Assembly (NCBI RefSeq): GCF_035594765.1
Contig: NC_085846.1
Coordinates: 18,029,190-18,093,189 of the forward strand
Source: Anolis carolinensis
Lineage: Eukaryota
DNA: 64,000 nucleotides
Direction: 5' to 3'
Below are positions 63,650 through 64,000 of the stretch, piece by piece; position 1 is the first letter of the stretch; each line of letters starts with the position of its first letter. The notes under the pieces are model-generated. The model did not search any database and was not told the origin of the DNA. It saw only the letters and a list, made by a program, of their open reading frames with translations. The translations under genes and the position numbers were made by a program.

Positions 63650-63900
63650 CCAGAAGTGGCGCCTGTTTCGAAGCGGGCCGGAAGTCCGTTTGTCCGCTCT
63701 AGCCCACCTTGCCGTTCTCTATCGCAGAGCGCGCGCCAGGGGCGGGCATCGTGAGGTCACTTCCTCGAGGAGCCAAGATGGCGACCCGCGCGCTGCTGGT
63801 GGCCCGTGGAGGGCTGGGCGGCGTGATTGGTGAGTGAAGAGGGCGCTGGGGCGAAGGGGAGCGGAGCGAGCGAGGCGGCCCCAAAGGGCGGACTTCGGGA
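63650..63900 (+). promoter_or_regulatory. CpG-island promoter of the downstream gene
   Basis: GABPA-type CCGGAAGT, GC box GGGGCGGG, nuclear-receptor half site TGAGGTCA, YY1 CAAGATGGCG. Confidence 0.7.
63778..63829 (+). CDS. First coding exon of a downstream housekeeping gene (MATRALLVARGGLGGVI...), mitochondrial-presequence-like; TUFM is a synteny-based guess only
   Basis: CpG island, Kozak/YY1 CAAGATGGCG, 52-nt coding exon ending in G|GTGAGT. The peptide is Arg/Ala/Leu-rich with no acidic residues. Confidence 0.55.
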
Positions 63901-64000
63901 GCAAAGAAAGCGCCTTAGGGGCTTCTTTCCTGCTGTTGATCCTTTACTACGAGCCATGACCTTTTGCGTTGCTCTGCGGTTCATTACGGCCTGTCTCTTG

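Overview
Repeat-rich squamate genomic DNA, most likely Anolis lizard (Sauria SINEs, Anolis-type SINEs, hAT/Mariner/Harbinger-like MITEs, Penelope, CR1, RTE-BovB). Genes were reconstructed by hand from splice sites and reading-frame phase. In order: (1) 5' exons of an unidentified minus-strand gene (about 5-10 kb). (2) A spliced, essentially non-coding host gene (C19orf48-like) carrying two intronic SNORD88 C/D snoRNAs. (3) A complete 11-exon ACP4/ACPT acid phosphatase on the minus strand, convergent with the host gene. (4) The standout: an intact 7-exon gene for a predicted 292-aa secreted protein made of a signal peptide, a CD99-type 'FDLSDAL' exon, a complete integrin alphaM/X/D-type I domain, and a Cys-flanked coiled coil, with no beta-propeller, legs or TM segment. 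(5) RABEP2 in 12 exons, apparently lacking the C-terminal Rab5-binding helix and with a telomere-like satellite in intron 1. (6) The first exon of a further housekeeping gene at the window end. No database searches were possible, so novelty claims are unverified.
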